The notes beneath the pieces are model-generated. The model was not told the DNA's origin. It searched no databases and was given only the letters and a program-made list of their open reading frames with translations. From Octopus vulgaris (taxonomy: Eukaryota), in assembly GCA_951406725.2 (NCBI GenBank), contig OX597842.1, positions 20,088,001 to 20,152,000 on the forward strand: a stretch of 64,000 bases of DNA, written 5' to 3'. Within the stretch, counting starts at the first letter, position 1. Every line of letters starts with the position of its first letter. Below are positions 49,185-61,789 of this stretch, piece after piece. Both the position numbers and the translations under genes were made by a program.

Positions 49185-51217
49185 AGGAGCGGCTGTGTGG
49201 TAAGTAGCTTGTTTACCAAACACATGGTTCCAGGTTCAGTCCCACTGCATGGCACCTTGGGCAAGTGTCTTATACTATAGCCTCGGGCCAACCAAAGCCT
49301 TGTGAGTGGATTTGGTAGACGGAAACTGAAAGAAGCCCATTGTATGTATATATATATATATAGGTGTAGGAGCGGCTGTGTGGTAAGTAGCTTGGTTACC
49401 AACCACATGGTTCCGGGTTCAGTCCCACTGCGTGGCACCTTGGACAAATATCTTCTACTATAGCCTCGGGCCGACCAAATCCTTGTGAGTGGATTTGGTA
49501 GACGGAAACTGAAAGAAGCCCATCGTATGTATATATATATATAGGTGTAGGAGCGGCTGTGTGGTAAGTAGCTTGGTTACCAACCACATGGTTCCGGGTT
49601 CAGTCCCACTGCATGGCACCTTGGGCAAGTGTCTTCTACTATAGCCTCGGGACGACCAAAGCCTTGTGAGTTGATTTGGTAGACGGAAACTGAAAGAAGC
49701 CCATCGTATGTATATATATATAGGTGTAGGAGCGGCTGTGTGGTAAGTAGCTTGGTTACCAACCACATGGTTCCGGGTTCAGTCCCACTGCATGGCACCT
49801 TGGGCAAGTGTCTTCTACTATAGCCTCGGGACGACCAAAGCCTTGTGAGTGGATTTGGTAGACGGAAACTGAAAGAAGCCCATCGTATGTATATATATAT
49901 ATAGGTGTAGGAGCGGCTGTGTGGTAAGTAGCTTGGTTACCAACCACATGGTTCCGGGTTCAGTCCCACTGCATGGCACCTTGGGCAAGTGTCTTCTACT
50001 ATAGCCTCGGGACGACCAAAGCCTTGTGAGTGGATTTGGTAGACGGAAACTGAAAGAAGCCCATCGTATGTATATATATATATATAGGTGTTGGAGCGGC
50101 TGTGTGGTAAGTAGCTTGTTTACCAACCACATGGTTCCGGGTTCAGTCCCACTGCATGGCACCTTGGGCAAGTGTCTTCTAGTATAGCCTCGGGACGACC
50201 AAAGCCTTGTGAGTGGATTTGGTAGACGGAAACTGAAAGAAGCCCATCATATGTATATATATATATAGGTGTAGGAGCGGCTGTGTGGTAAGTAGCTTGG
50301 TTACCAACCACATGGTTCCGGGTTCAGTCCCACTGCATGGCACCTTGGGCAAGTGTCTTCTACTATAGCCTGGGGACGACCAAAGCCTTGTGAGTGGATT
50401 TGGTAGACGGAAACTGAAAGAAGCCCATCGTATGTATATATATATATATAGGTGTTGGAGCGGCTGTGTGGTAAGTAGCTTGTTTACCAACCACATGGTT
50501 CCGGGTTCAGTCCCACTGCATGGCACCTTGGGCAAGTGTCTTCTAGTATAGCCTCGGGACGACCAAAGCCTTGTGAGTGGATTTGGTAGACGGAAACTGA
50601 AAGAAGCCCATCGTATGTATATATATATATATATAGGTGTAGGAGTGGCTGTGTGGTAAGTAGCTTGGTTACCAACCACATGGTTCCGGGTTCAGTCCCA
50701 CTGCATGGCTCCTTGGGCAAGTGTCTTCTACTATAGCCTCGGGACGACCAAAGCCTTGTGAGTGGATTTGGTAGACGGAAACTGAAAGAAGCCCATCGTA
50801 TGTATATATATATATATAGGTGTAGGAGAGGCTGTGTGGTAAGTAGCTTGGTTACCAACCACATGGTTCCGGGTTCAGTCCCACTGCATGGCACCTTGGG
50901 CAAGTGTCTTATACTATAGCCTCGGGACGACCAAAGCCTTGTGTGTGCATTTGGTAGACGGAAACTGAAAGAAGCCTGTTGTATATATGTATATATATAT
51001 ATATGTATGTGTGTGTTTGTGTTTATCCCCCTAGCATTGCTTGACAACCGATGCTGGTGTGTTTATGTCCCCGTGACTTAGCGGTTCGGTAAAAGAGACC
51101 GATAGAATAAGTACTGGGCTTACAAAGAATAAGTCCCAGGGTCGAGTTGCTCGATTAAAGGCAGTGCTCCAGCATGGCCGCAGTCAAATGACTGAAACAA
51201 GTAAAAAGAGAAAAGAG
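49185..51217 (+). repeat. S2 SINE with 10 tandem heads (~179-185 bp) and one tail
   Basis: Heads at about 49186, 49369, 49550, 49729, 49910, 50093, 50274, 50457, 50642 and 50825, separated by variable (TA)n. Confidence 0.9.
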
Positions 51218-53771
51218 ATTGGACCTAGTCACAGCGATTTCCAGGAGACAAAACCATTTGACATTCTTTTATTTTTTCCCTCCTAGTTTGTTGGAAGCGA
51301 TTACTGTGCAGAACCATTGCTACACAGAATATAAGCAATGTGGTAGAAAGGGCCATTTCTGACCTCCCACATGCTTAGATGAAATCTGAGCATTTTCTGC
51401 TATAAATATAATAATGAGAATAAGCAAGTTACCCAGAATAGCAAACGATTGGAGCAGCAAAGAAGCTTTTGGAGACCTGCATGTTTCCAGTATCAAGATA
51501 GAGACAGGATTTTTAAAACTGTCACAATACCTACACTGAAGACACTAGTAGTGGGCCAGTAGGTGGAGAACCAAACTGGTCCCTTATTTAAAATAAGACC
51601 TTCATCATAATGCTTATAAATGAGTCTCTAACCATAAGATACTTTTATCTTGTTTCACTTTCATTTTCAAAGAGTACTCATTTGTTTTTGTTTATATGTT
51701 AATATAATAGTTTTAGCCATTATTTTCTATACTTTTTATGTGTTCTTAAGCAATACTATTACCAAAAACCATATTCTGATATTCCCTCATAAATGCCTAT
51801 CCATCTATGAGGGTAGGGTGAGGTACAAAGGCAGAGTATGTTTCCCACAGTACATGCTTGGCAAAATAGCAAATGGGGGATCAAAGTTTGCAAGATCTGT
51901 GAAGTCAATGCTGTATACTGCTGTGGGTTCAAATTCTAAAGAGGGAAAAGGGGACACTACTGTAAGCTAAATGGCCCTTAAAACATGCACCAATTTTGTT
52001 TCTTTACTTGTATAATCACAATCGTACGATTATGCAAAAAAAAATATTCCTAAAAATATAGAAGTTACGAGAAGTTATATGCTGAGCTTAAAGCAAACTT
52101 TTGCCATATTTTCTCTGCAAAACTACTTAAAAATGTCTTCCAATGGCTTTATGATAAAATATTAACCCACTGGTGGGGTAGTTCTGTATTTTTTCATGAT
52201 TAATGCAGTGGGGTATGGAGAACCCCATTAATAGTTTTAGCCATTTTTTTTAGTACTTTTTATGACTTTAGATGTGTTCCTAAGCAATAATATTACCAAA
52301 AACTGTATTCTAGAAGCAATGTTATAAATCCTAATTCATTCCCAGAAAAATATTTTACCTCTAAAATTTATAAAACTTGTAAATAAATGACATCACAGTG
52401 TCTCTTAGGAGATAGTGTTAGTTGAAGGCTGCAAAACCTGCATCACACACACGGACAACTTCAGCTTTATATATATAGATATATCGTGCAATGCCACTCC
52501 CTGTAAGAAGCATTTGTGCCAGTTCATGTAAAAAGCACACATGCTGATCCATGTGGTTATTGAACTTACTCCTTCCCCTGAAATTGCTGGCCTTGTGCCA
52601 AAATAATGTCAGATACAATAATGCCTTGATATATGAGTTAATTTCTTCCTGGAGATTGCTCCTGAAGGGAAAACTCATAAAGCAAAGCAATAATTTCCCA
52701 TAGAAGCAATGTTATAAATTGTAATTCATTCCCAGAAAAATATTTTACCAATAAAATTTATAATACTTGTAAATAAATGACAATAAAACAACAGTAGAAT
52801 GTAAAGAATATTTTATGTAAAGTCAAAAACAATGTCAAGATCATTTAGAATAGACAAAAAATATATAATTGTTTTCTGAATCACTTTGAAAAGACTCAGG
52901 GACACCATCATTTGTAGACGTGACCACTGATTCACAAGCAAAGAAACTTGCAAAGTTCTCTGCAAAACTATTTAAAAATGTCTTCCAATGGCTTTATGAT
53001 GAACCATCTTAACCCACTGGTGGGGTAGTTCTGTATTTTTTATCATTGGTGTGGTTGGGGTATGGAGAACCCCATTAATAGTTTTAGCTTGTTTTTTAGT
53101 ATTTTCTATGACTTTAGATGTGTTCCTAAGCAATAATATTACCAAAAACCATATTCTGATATAATGTGTTTAACATGTAAACAAAAACAAGCGAGTACTC
53201 TTTGAAAATGAAAGTGAAACTAGATAAAAGTATCTTATGGAGGGGAGAGTGGTCCTTTCATATTCACTGTTTACTCATTGTTTGCACTCTCATCCTCATC
53301 ACTCTGAGCAAAGCAGTCGATGCAAATGTGCATCGCATGTTGCAAGCAGATTGGCTTGGAGAACTTTTGGAAGAAATTTCTTGTTTTGTGATCTTTTGAC
53401 CTGGGGCATAATGACCATCTTTGTATGAAATCTTCATGATAACATCATCATCATCGTCGTTTAACGTCCGCTTTCCATGCTAGCATGGGTTGGACGGTTC
53501 AACTGGGGTCTGGGAAGCCAGAAGGCTGCGCCAGGCCCAGTCTGATGTGGCAGTGTTTCTACGGCTGGATGCCCTTCCTAACGCCAACCACTCCATGAGT
53601 GTAGTGGGTGCTTTTTACCTGTCACTGGCACAGGTGCCAGAGGAGGCTGGCAAACAGCCATGATCGGATGGTGCTTTTTACGTGCCACCGGCACAGAGAC
53701 CAGATGAAGCTGGCAACGGCCACGATTGGTGGGTGCTTTTTACATCCCATCTTGGAGGTAATTCTTTAGAT

Positions 53772-53972
53772 CAGTGCTTTTCAAACTTTTTGCTGGAGCG
53801 GAACTCCAAGGAAACATTCCACTGTCTCGAGGAACCCCTGTGCAATAATTTAATAGTCTTATGCACACATATCTGCACAGGAGAGTTAAAAATTACTGCT
53901 GATTTTAGCAGTTTTGTAACTTCTTGCGGAACCCCTAGACTGTACTGGTGGAACACTGGTTGAAAACCACTG
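53772..53972. mobile_element. hAT (Charlie-like) MITE
   Basis: CAGTGCTTTTCAA..TTGAAAACCACTG termini. 8-bp TSD CTTTAGAT at 53764-53771 and 53973-53980. Confidence 0.85.
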
Positions 53973-54618
53973 CTTTAGATGCTGAGAAATGTCGAATCTT
54001 CCTTTTCGTGTCTTTCCTCAAATATGGATGGGTTTTGTCTTGCAATGATGAATTTGGTCCTCCACCAACTTCAGTCCCAATTCTCTCAGAATCTTTCAGA
54101 CCCTGATAGCTGTTTGAGGGTTTGCCATGAACATATTGTATACATTTATTCCTGCAACATTGAGTATGGTGAAGAAAACTGTAACTGGCCAACATCGAGT
54201 ATTTCTGGAAACATTGTACATGGAACACAATTGATCCACCATGGGGCCTACCCCTCCTTTAGTACTGTTGTAGAAGGTTCTAATCTCTGGTTTTCTTTTT
54301 TCTTTCGTACTTACATCAATTGCAGCATCATGATGCATTGTACTCCATAGGACGACATTTTTACCTTTCGTGGGAACACATGGGGTCAATGTAACATCCT
54401 TCTGGAAACCAAACAAGCTTGTATATTCAGTTCTGCCTCTTGTGGCAACAAACTGAGGGGGAAGTTCTATCTTGTTCTTTCTGAAAGGGTCAACAAATGT
54501 TAATCTATAATTCTTCAAGAGATTAACTCTAAATCCATAACTTGTAAACCAATTATCCATGAAAATATTTCTTCCAGACCCTTTTATAAGAGACCCCAAC
54601 CATTTTACCACTGCTGCT

Positions 54619-54986
54619 GTTGCTGTTGAGTGTAGTGATCTTCATCCTAGTGGGAGAAGTCCGAAACGTGGTCCTTTGCTATTTGTAAGACCCGCAGGAG
54701 AGAAAGCAGGTCAACCCCCGACACTGAGAGCATCGACGGATGGATGAATGCGCATCCAGGCTCAGTGGTTGCGTAAGAAGTCGGGGACAAGAAACAGGAA
54801 GAAAGAGTGAGAGAAAGTTGGGGCGAAAGAGTACAACAGGGGTCGTCACCATCCCCTGCCGGAACCTTGTGTAGCTTTAGGTGTTTTTCGCTCAATAAAC
54901 ACATACAACGCCTGGTCTGGAAATCAAAACCGCGATCCTCTGACCACGAGTCCGCTGCCCTGACCATTGGGCCATTGCGCCTGCAC
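54619..54986 (-). mobile_element. SINE family S1, tail type C
   Basis: S1 head with a distinct tail ending (cag/caa)n. TSD TACCACTGCTGCT at 54606-54618 and 54987-54999. Confidence 0.8.
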
Positions 54987-55456
54987 TACCACTGCTGCTC
55001 CTGAATTACCTATAGAAGGGCCTTCTGCTTGTTTCCCCAAGTAGACCTTCATATATGATGCATAGAAAGTTTTAGCATCGGCCAAAAGAAAAAATTTTTA
55101 TGCCATATTTTGCTGGTTTAAAATGGATAGTTCTCTGTAAAGGCAGCCAACATTTCATCTACTGTCGCATACACTGAGACATTATAATTCAAGATACACT
55201 TAGCCATAAATTTCTCAAAGGACTTTCTAAAAGGTGCAATCTTATCCTCTCGCCTCCTTTCAGCTCAGGTATGGATGTCATCGAACCTCAGAGACCCCAG
55301 CGAGAAATGAAACTTCTGCAAAGATATAGTTGCTGGAAAAATTTTAATTCCTGTACCGTCCGTTGCCCAAACATCTTCCATATTCGTTCGGTTGCCTGTA
55401 AAACTCCCAACAGATAAAGAAGTCCTATTGTAGCTTTCATCTCCCTTTCATTAATC

Positions 55457-57916
55457 TTTTACTTGTTTCAGTCATTTGACTGCGGCCATGCTGGAGCACC
55501 GCCTTTTAGTCGAGCAAATCGACCCCAAGACTTATTCTTTGTAAGCCTCGTACTTATTCTATCGGTCTCTTTTCCCGAACTGCTAAGTTACGGGGATGTA
55601 ATCACACCAGCATCGGTTGTCAAGTGATGTTGGGGGCACAAACATAGACACACAAACACACACGTTTGTATACATATATACGACGGGCTTCTTTCAGTTT
55701 CCGTCTATCAAATCCACTCACAAGGCTTTGGTTGGCCTGAGGCTATAGTAGAAGACACTTGCCCAAGATGCCACGCAGTGGGACTGAACCCAGAACTATG
55801 TGGTTGGTAAGCAAGCTACTTACCACACAGCCACTACTACGCCTACATATATACGACGGGCTTCTTTCAGTTTCCGTCTACAAAATCCACTCACAAGGCT
55901 TTGGTTGGCCTGAGGCTATAGTAGAAGACACTTGCCCAAGATGCCACGCAGTGGGACTGAACCCAGAACCATGTGGTTGGTAAGGAAGCTACTTACCACA
56001 CAGCCACTCCTACACCTACATATATACGACGGGCTTCTTTCAGTTTCCGTCTATCAAATCCACTCACAAGGCTTTGGTTGGCCTGAGGCTATAGTAGAAG
56101 ACACTTTCCTAAGATGCCACGCAGTGGGACTGAACCCGGAACCATGTGGTTGGTAAGCAAGCTACTTACCACACAGCCACTCCTACGCCTACATATATAC
56201 GACGGGCTTCTTTCAGTTTCCGTCTATCAAATCCACTCACAAGGCTTTGGTTGGCCTGAGGCTATAGTAGAAGACACTTGCCCAAGATGCCACGCAGTGG
56301 GACTGAACCCAGAACTATGTGGTTGGTAAGCAAGCTACTTACCACACAGCCACTCCTATGCCTACATATATACGACGGGCTTCTTTCAGTTTCCGTCTAT
56401 CAAATCCACTCACAAGGCTTTGGTTGGCCTGAGGCTATAGTAGAAGACACTTGCCCAAGATGCCACGCAGTGGGACTGAACCCAGAACCATGTGGTTGGT
56501 AAGCAAGCTACTTACCACACAGCCACTCCTACACCTACATATATACGACGGGCTTCTTTCAGTTTCCGTCTATCAAATCCACTCACAAGGCTTTGGTTGG
56601 CCTGAGGCTATAGTAGAAGACACTTTCCTAAGATGCCACGCAGTGGGACTGAACCCGGAACCATGTGGTTGGTAAGCAAGCTACTTACCACACAGCCACT
56701 CCTACGCCTACATATATACGACGGGCTTCTTTCAGTTTCCGTCTATCAAATCCACTCACAAGGCTTTGGTTGGCCTGAGGCTATAGTAGAAGACACTTGC
56801 CCAAGATGCCACGCAGTGGGACTGAACCCAGAACTATGTGGTTGGTAAGCAAGCTACTTACCACACAGCCACTACTACGCCTACATATATACGACGGGCT
56901 TCTTTCAGTTTCCGTCTACAAAATCCACTCACAAGGCTTTGGTTGGCCTGAGGCTATAGTAGAAGACACTTGCCCAAGATGCCACGCAGTGGGACTGAAC
57001 CCAGAACTATGTGGTTGGTAAGCAAGCTACTTACCACACAGCCACTCCTACACCTACATATATACGACGGGCTTCTTTCAGTTTCCGTCTATCAAATCCA
57101 CTCACAAGGCTTTGGTTGGCCTGAGGCTATAGTAGAAGACACTTTCCTAAGATGCCACGCAGTGAGACTGAACCCGGAACCATGTGGTTGGTAAGCAAGC
57201 TACTTACCACACAGCCACTCCTACGCCTACATATATACGACGGGCTTCTTTCAGTTTCCGTCTATCAAATCCACTCACAAGGCTTTGGTTGGCCTGAGGC
57301 TATAGTAGAAGACACTTGCCCAAGATGCCACGCAGTGGGACTGAACCCGGAACCATGTGGTTGGTAAGCAAGCTACTTACCACACAGCCACTCCTATGCC
57401 TACATATATACGACGGGCTTCTTTCAGTTTACGTCTATCAAATCCACTCACAAGGCTTTGGTTGGCCCCAGTCTATAGTAGAAGAAACTCGCCCAAGATG
57501 CCACGCAGTGGGACTGAACCCGGAACCATGTGGTTGGTAAGCAAGCTACTTACCACACAGCCACTCCTATGCCTACATATATACGACGGGCTTCTTTCAG
57601 TTTACGTCTATCAAATCCACTCACAAGGCTTTGGTTGGCCCCAGGCTATAGTAGAAGACACTCGCCCAAGATGCCACACAGTGTGACTGAACCCAGAACT
57701 ATGTGGTTGGTAAGCAAGCTACTTACCACACAGCCACTCCTACGCCTACATATATACGACGGGCTTCTTTCAGTTTCCGTCTACCAAATCCACTCACAAG
57801 GCTTTGGTCGGCCTGAGGCTATAGTAGAAGACACTTGCCCAAGATGCCACGCAGTGGGACTGAACCCGGAACCATGTGGTTGGTAAGCAAGCTACTTACC
57901 ACACAGCCACTCCTGC
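55457..57916 (-). repeat. S2 SINE with 13 tandem 173-bp heads and one tail
   Basis: cgacgggcttctttcag recurs every 173 bp from 55681 to 57757. Variants recur with a 519-bp period. Confidence 0.92.
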
Positions 57917-58854
57917 ACCTAAGTGTCTCTTTTTACCTATCTTCATATTTTCGTTGTTTATTGTCAATGTAGATATTACTGCAAGCTTCGAATTCATTCA
58001 GAAGTTCTTGTCTGAGAAACAAAGACCTTTACAGCAGACACAGGTTTTGCTGCTCCTCTTGGGTCCTGGGGAATCCTGGTAATTGTTCTGTGCACGTGTA
58101 TGCCGTGGAAGGCATGGGGGAATTCCTTTCCAGAAAGTTCCATTATCATCATCATCATCGTTTAACGTCTGTTTTCCATGCTAGCATGGGTTGGACGGTT
58201 CAACTGGGGTCTGGGAAGCCAGGGGCTGCACCAGGCTCCAGTCTGATCTAGCAGTGTTTCTACAGCTGGATGCCCTTCCTAACGCCAACCACTCCGTGGG
58301 TGTAGTAGGTGCTTTTAATGTGTCACCGGCACAGAAGCCAGTCAAGGCAGCGCTGACATCGGCTATGTTTGAATGGTGCTTTTCATGTGCCACCACCATG
58401 GAGGCCAGTCAGGGCGGCGCTGGCTACGGCCACGTTCGGATGGTTCCCTTATGTGCCACCGACACTGGTATCACAGCTACAAATTCCATTGATGTTGATC
58501 GATTGCAATTTTGATTTTGATTTGCCCCAAAAATGTTTTTCTCTGTTCCTGGAAGTCTGCTGTTCATCTTCATCATCAGCTTCTTCCTTTCCTTCTAAAG
58601 AATCATCTGGTGAAGTCTGCAACATGCCATCTGCTTCAGTTCCTCCCTCATCATCTCTTATTTCTTCCTCAGCTTTACTCTCTTCTTTTGGAAGCAATTT
58701 CTTGTCTTACGATCTTTTGACCTGGGGCACAACGAGCATCTTTTTATGGAATCTTCATGATAACATCTTGGAGGTACCAGGTTCAATTCTCTTCAGATTC
58801 CTCTTCATTTGGTTCTTCGTCAAGAAATGATTCTCATTCTTCTATGTCTAATTC

Positions 58855-59556
58855 AAGTCTTCAAGTTTTCTACTCTATGGCTCAGAAACCTGGATGTTAT
58901 CAAAGAAGCTTGAGAGGCGGTTGGATGGAACCTACACTCGCCTCCTTATGAGAGCTCAAAATCTCTTGTGGAAGCGTCATCCAACCAAAGTACATATATA
59001 TGGGAAACTACCACCCGTGTCATCTCTTGTAAAAGGTAGAAGAGTCCAGTTTCCTGGACATTGTTGTAGAGCTGAAAACGAGGTAATTTCTGCTCTTCTC
59101 CTCTGGAAGCCATCTACTCATAATACCAGAGGGTGCACACTCTCCTACCCTGATGTAATCTCCAGGGATACAGGCATCCAGCAACAGGACCTCTGTAATG
59201 CCATGATGGACCGTGAAGTCTGGTGTAGCATGGTAAATTCCATTGTCTCGACCACAGTCGCGATACCAGAGGGGACACACTCTCCTACCCTGATGTAATC
59301 TCTAGGGATACAGGCATCCAGCAACAGGACCTCTGTAATGCTATGATGGACCGTGAAGTCTGGCGTAGCATGGTAAATTCCATTGTCTCGACCACGGTCG
59401 CGATACCAGAGGGCGCACACTCTCCTACTCTGATGTAATCTCCAGGGATACAGGCATCCAGCAACAGGACCTCCGTAATGCTATGATGGACTGTGAAGTC
59501 TGGCGTAGCATGGTAAATTCCATTGTCTTGACCACGGTCAAACAATGATGATGATG
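58855..59556 (+). mobile_element. 5'-truncated RTE-type LINE with triplicated 125-bp 3' end
   Basis: LYGSETWML..LDGTYTRLLMRA..VQFPGHCCR. (GAT)n tail; TSD ATGTCTAATTC at 58844-58854 and 59557-59567. Confidence 0.85.
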
Positions 59557-60169
59557 ATGTCTAATTCTCTCCCAATTTTGCCATTTGTCTGTCGTAGTTC
59601 ACTGTGGTGGAAGCACTCCATCGGTTACGACGACGAGGCTTCCGATTGATCCAAATCAACGGAACAGCCTGCTCGTGAAATTAACGTGTAAGTGGCTGAG
59701 CACTCCACAGACACGTGCACCCTTAAGGTAGTCCTCGGGGATATTCAGCATGACACAGAGAGTGACAAGGCCGGCCCTTTGAAATACAGGTACAACAGAA
59801 ACAGGAAGTAAGAGTGAGAGAAAGTTGTGGTGAAAGAGTACAGCAGGGATCACCACCATCCCTGCCGGAGCCTTGTGGAGCTTTAGGTGTTTTCGCTCAA
59901 TAAACACTCACAACGCCCGGTCTAGGAATCGAAACTGCGATCCTACGACTGCGAGTCCGCTGCCCTAACCACTGGGCCATTGCACCTCCACAGTTCGCTG
60001 TGAACCTGGAAGGAAAGATTTCGCAACTTTTATGGCATTCACAACCATCCAATAACACAAAAAAACGTTGGACACTTGACAATAATTTATAATTTTATGC
60101 AAGAAATAATCAGCGTTTCAGATATAAAAATAAATAAACAATTATACAGAAAAGGAAATAAAATCGCAA

Positions 60170-60352
60170 AAGGTCCTTGACTTGCTTAAAGAAAACAACT
60201 TCCAGGACAGATTCCTGAAGCAGTAGGAATTGTGGGGCCAGTGTATTGCTGTGAAAGGTGAGTATTTCACAGGAGATGTTGTTAAAACTTTGGTAAATTA
60301 GTAATTTTTATGAAACATAGCTTGTCCGAGAACTTTTTGATACCATCTCGTA
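60170..60352 (+). mobile_element. mariner 3' end
   Basis: ..WGQCIAVKGEYFTGD followed by TIR-like ccgagaactttttgataccatctcg-TA. Confidence 0.65.
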
Positions 60353-61396
60353 TTTTTCTTGCAAATTCTGTAAAGAGTTTTTATTTTTTTTAATAAGTAA
60401 ATATTTTGATTTTGTTGGCTTATTTTTCTGTTGTTTTTATCTTATATAACATGTCTTTACATGATACACATATAATACAATACCACATTAAAATACAAAT
60501 CCTAAACCAAAAGAAACACAAACAGGAGGTGCAGCAAGTACCCTTATAGGGATCACCGAACCATTCTGTAAGGCGAGGCGCCAACAATGGTAAGAACTTC
60601 ACTGTGGCAAATGTCAAAGGTGGAAGAAATGGGTCACACTTCATTTCCTATGCTTAAGGATTTTGTTCTCGTTGGCTACGGAAGCAGTGACCCTTTGATT
60701 ATAATTGAAGATATTTATGCTAAAGCAATGGGTATACATATGCAAATGTACCCCACCGACTTTGTTTCTTCATAACTTCTGGAAAAATGGGTATTTTTAA
60801 ATGAAAATTTTCAGAAATACCTTTAAGAAAGTGTAGATTGCAATTATATTGGAATAGCACACGTTGGTGGGACACCACACACACACATACACATCACATT
60901 CTTTTGCATTCTAAGATTCAGTCAAAATTTTCAAATTTGGAATATTCATGTAATTTTCCATGCTGAATCTGCTACCGCTCACTTTTTCTGGAAAGAATAT
61001 TTTAAAAAGTGGACCTTTTCTGTTTGTGTTTTTCCCTTCAGCTCCTTCGGTTTCAAATTTATTGATTTCAAGTTTAGTGTATTGATGTAGTTTTGTCTGT
61101 TAATTATATAAATGAAATTAGTTGTTGTCCTAAATTGATAAATATACAGTTAATAGCTTTTAAGATTTTTAAATTCCCAGTAAAAGACGGAGCAGAGTTT
61201 TGGAAAAAATATTGCTAAAATATGGATATAATTTATTTAAAAAACCAACTATGCCAATGCAGTCAGTGAAAGTCTTAATCTGATAAATAGAATTATTTTT
61301 TCCTTTTAGAGGATAAATATAGATAAAAAAACACAAATTGTAGCGTTCTTATACAAATGTTTATTTCTTAAAATATTTGCAGCAGAAGAAAGAGAG

Positions 61397-61494
61397 TCAG
61401 ACAAGGATTGCAGCAAGGATGAGTATGCCAAGAATGATTTCGACAATCTCGAGTGTTCTGAGGGGTCTTGATCCACTAAGTTCAGGTTTCGGAT
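61397..61494 (-). CDS. Terminal exon: GPI-anchor-signal-like C-terminus
   Basis: ttgtttgtcaattgcAG|AT CCG AAA CCT... Phase 1; encodes (N)PKPELSGSRPLRTLEIVEIILGILILAAILV-stop. Small-residue S-G-S site, spacer, then a hydrophobic end with no cytoplasmic tail. Confidence 0.75.
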
Positions 61495-61789
61495 CTGCAA
61501 TTGACAAACAATAAAATATATACCTTTTGTTTTTAATAAAAAATAGTAATATCTCCCAAGTTTGACCATTTTCATACTAAACTATTAAAAAATACTTTCG
61601 TTTCTGTTATACAAATTCCATTTCAAAGTGATATAAAAGGAAAAGTCCCCATCAAAATTTCCAGTAACACTATGTTGCACACATGAGCTTGGTTATATAA
61701 AGCCTTGTGAGTGGATTTGGTAGACGGAAACTGAAAGAATCCCATCGTATATATGATTATATATATGTGTGTTTGTGTGTCTGTTTGTC

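Larger units (their letters stand above)
53009..59600 (-). pseudogene. Decayed piggyBac transposon interrupted by six insertions
   Basis: Acidic N-terminus (58520-58690), GKNGTFW..PGPK (about 58000-58140), TVDEML..KYGIK (55000-55450), RNIFMDNWFTS..STMH..YNSTKGGV (54096-54611), Cys-rich LCPRSKD..ICLQH..CIDC (53290-53440). TTAA-CCC end at 53009, duplicated at 52162. Confidence 0.8.

Noticed and set aside
51635-53239. ~55-bp inverted repeats as ends of an autonomous transposon
   Set aside because: The interior holds only duplicated piggyBac-end and Helitron scraps, with no ORF or clear TSD.
55681-57916. CRISPR-like or repeat-protein array (also 49185-51000)
   Set aside because: Units are whole SINE heads with no unique spacers and no cas genes. 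The short ORFs are SINE translations.
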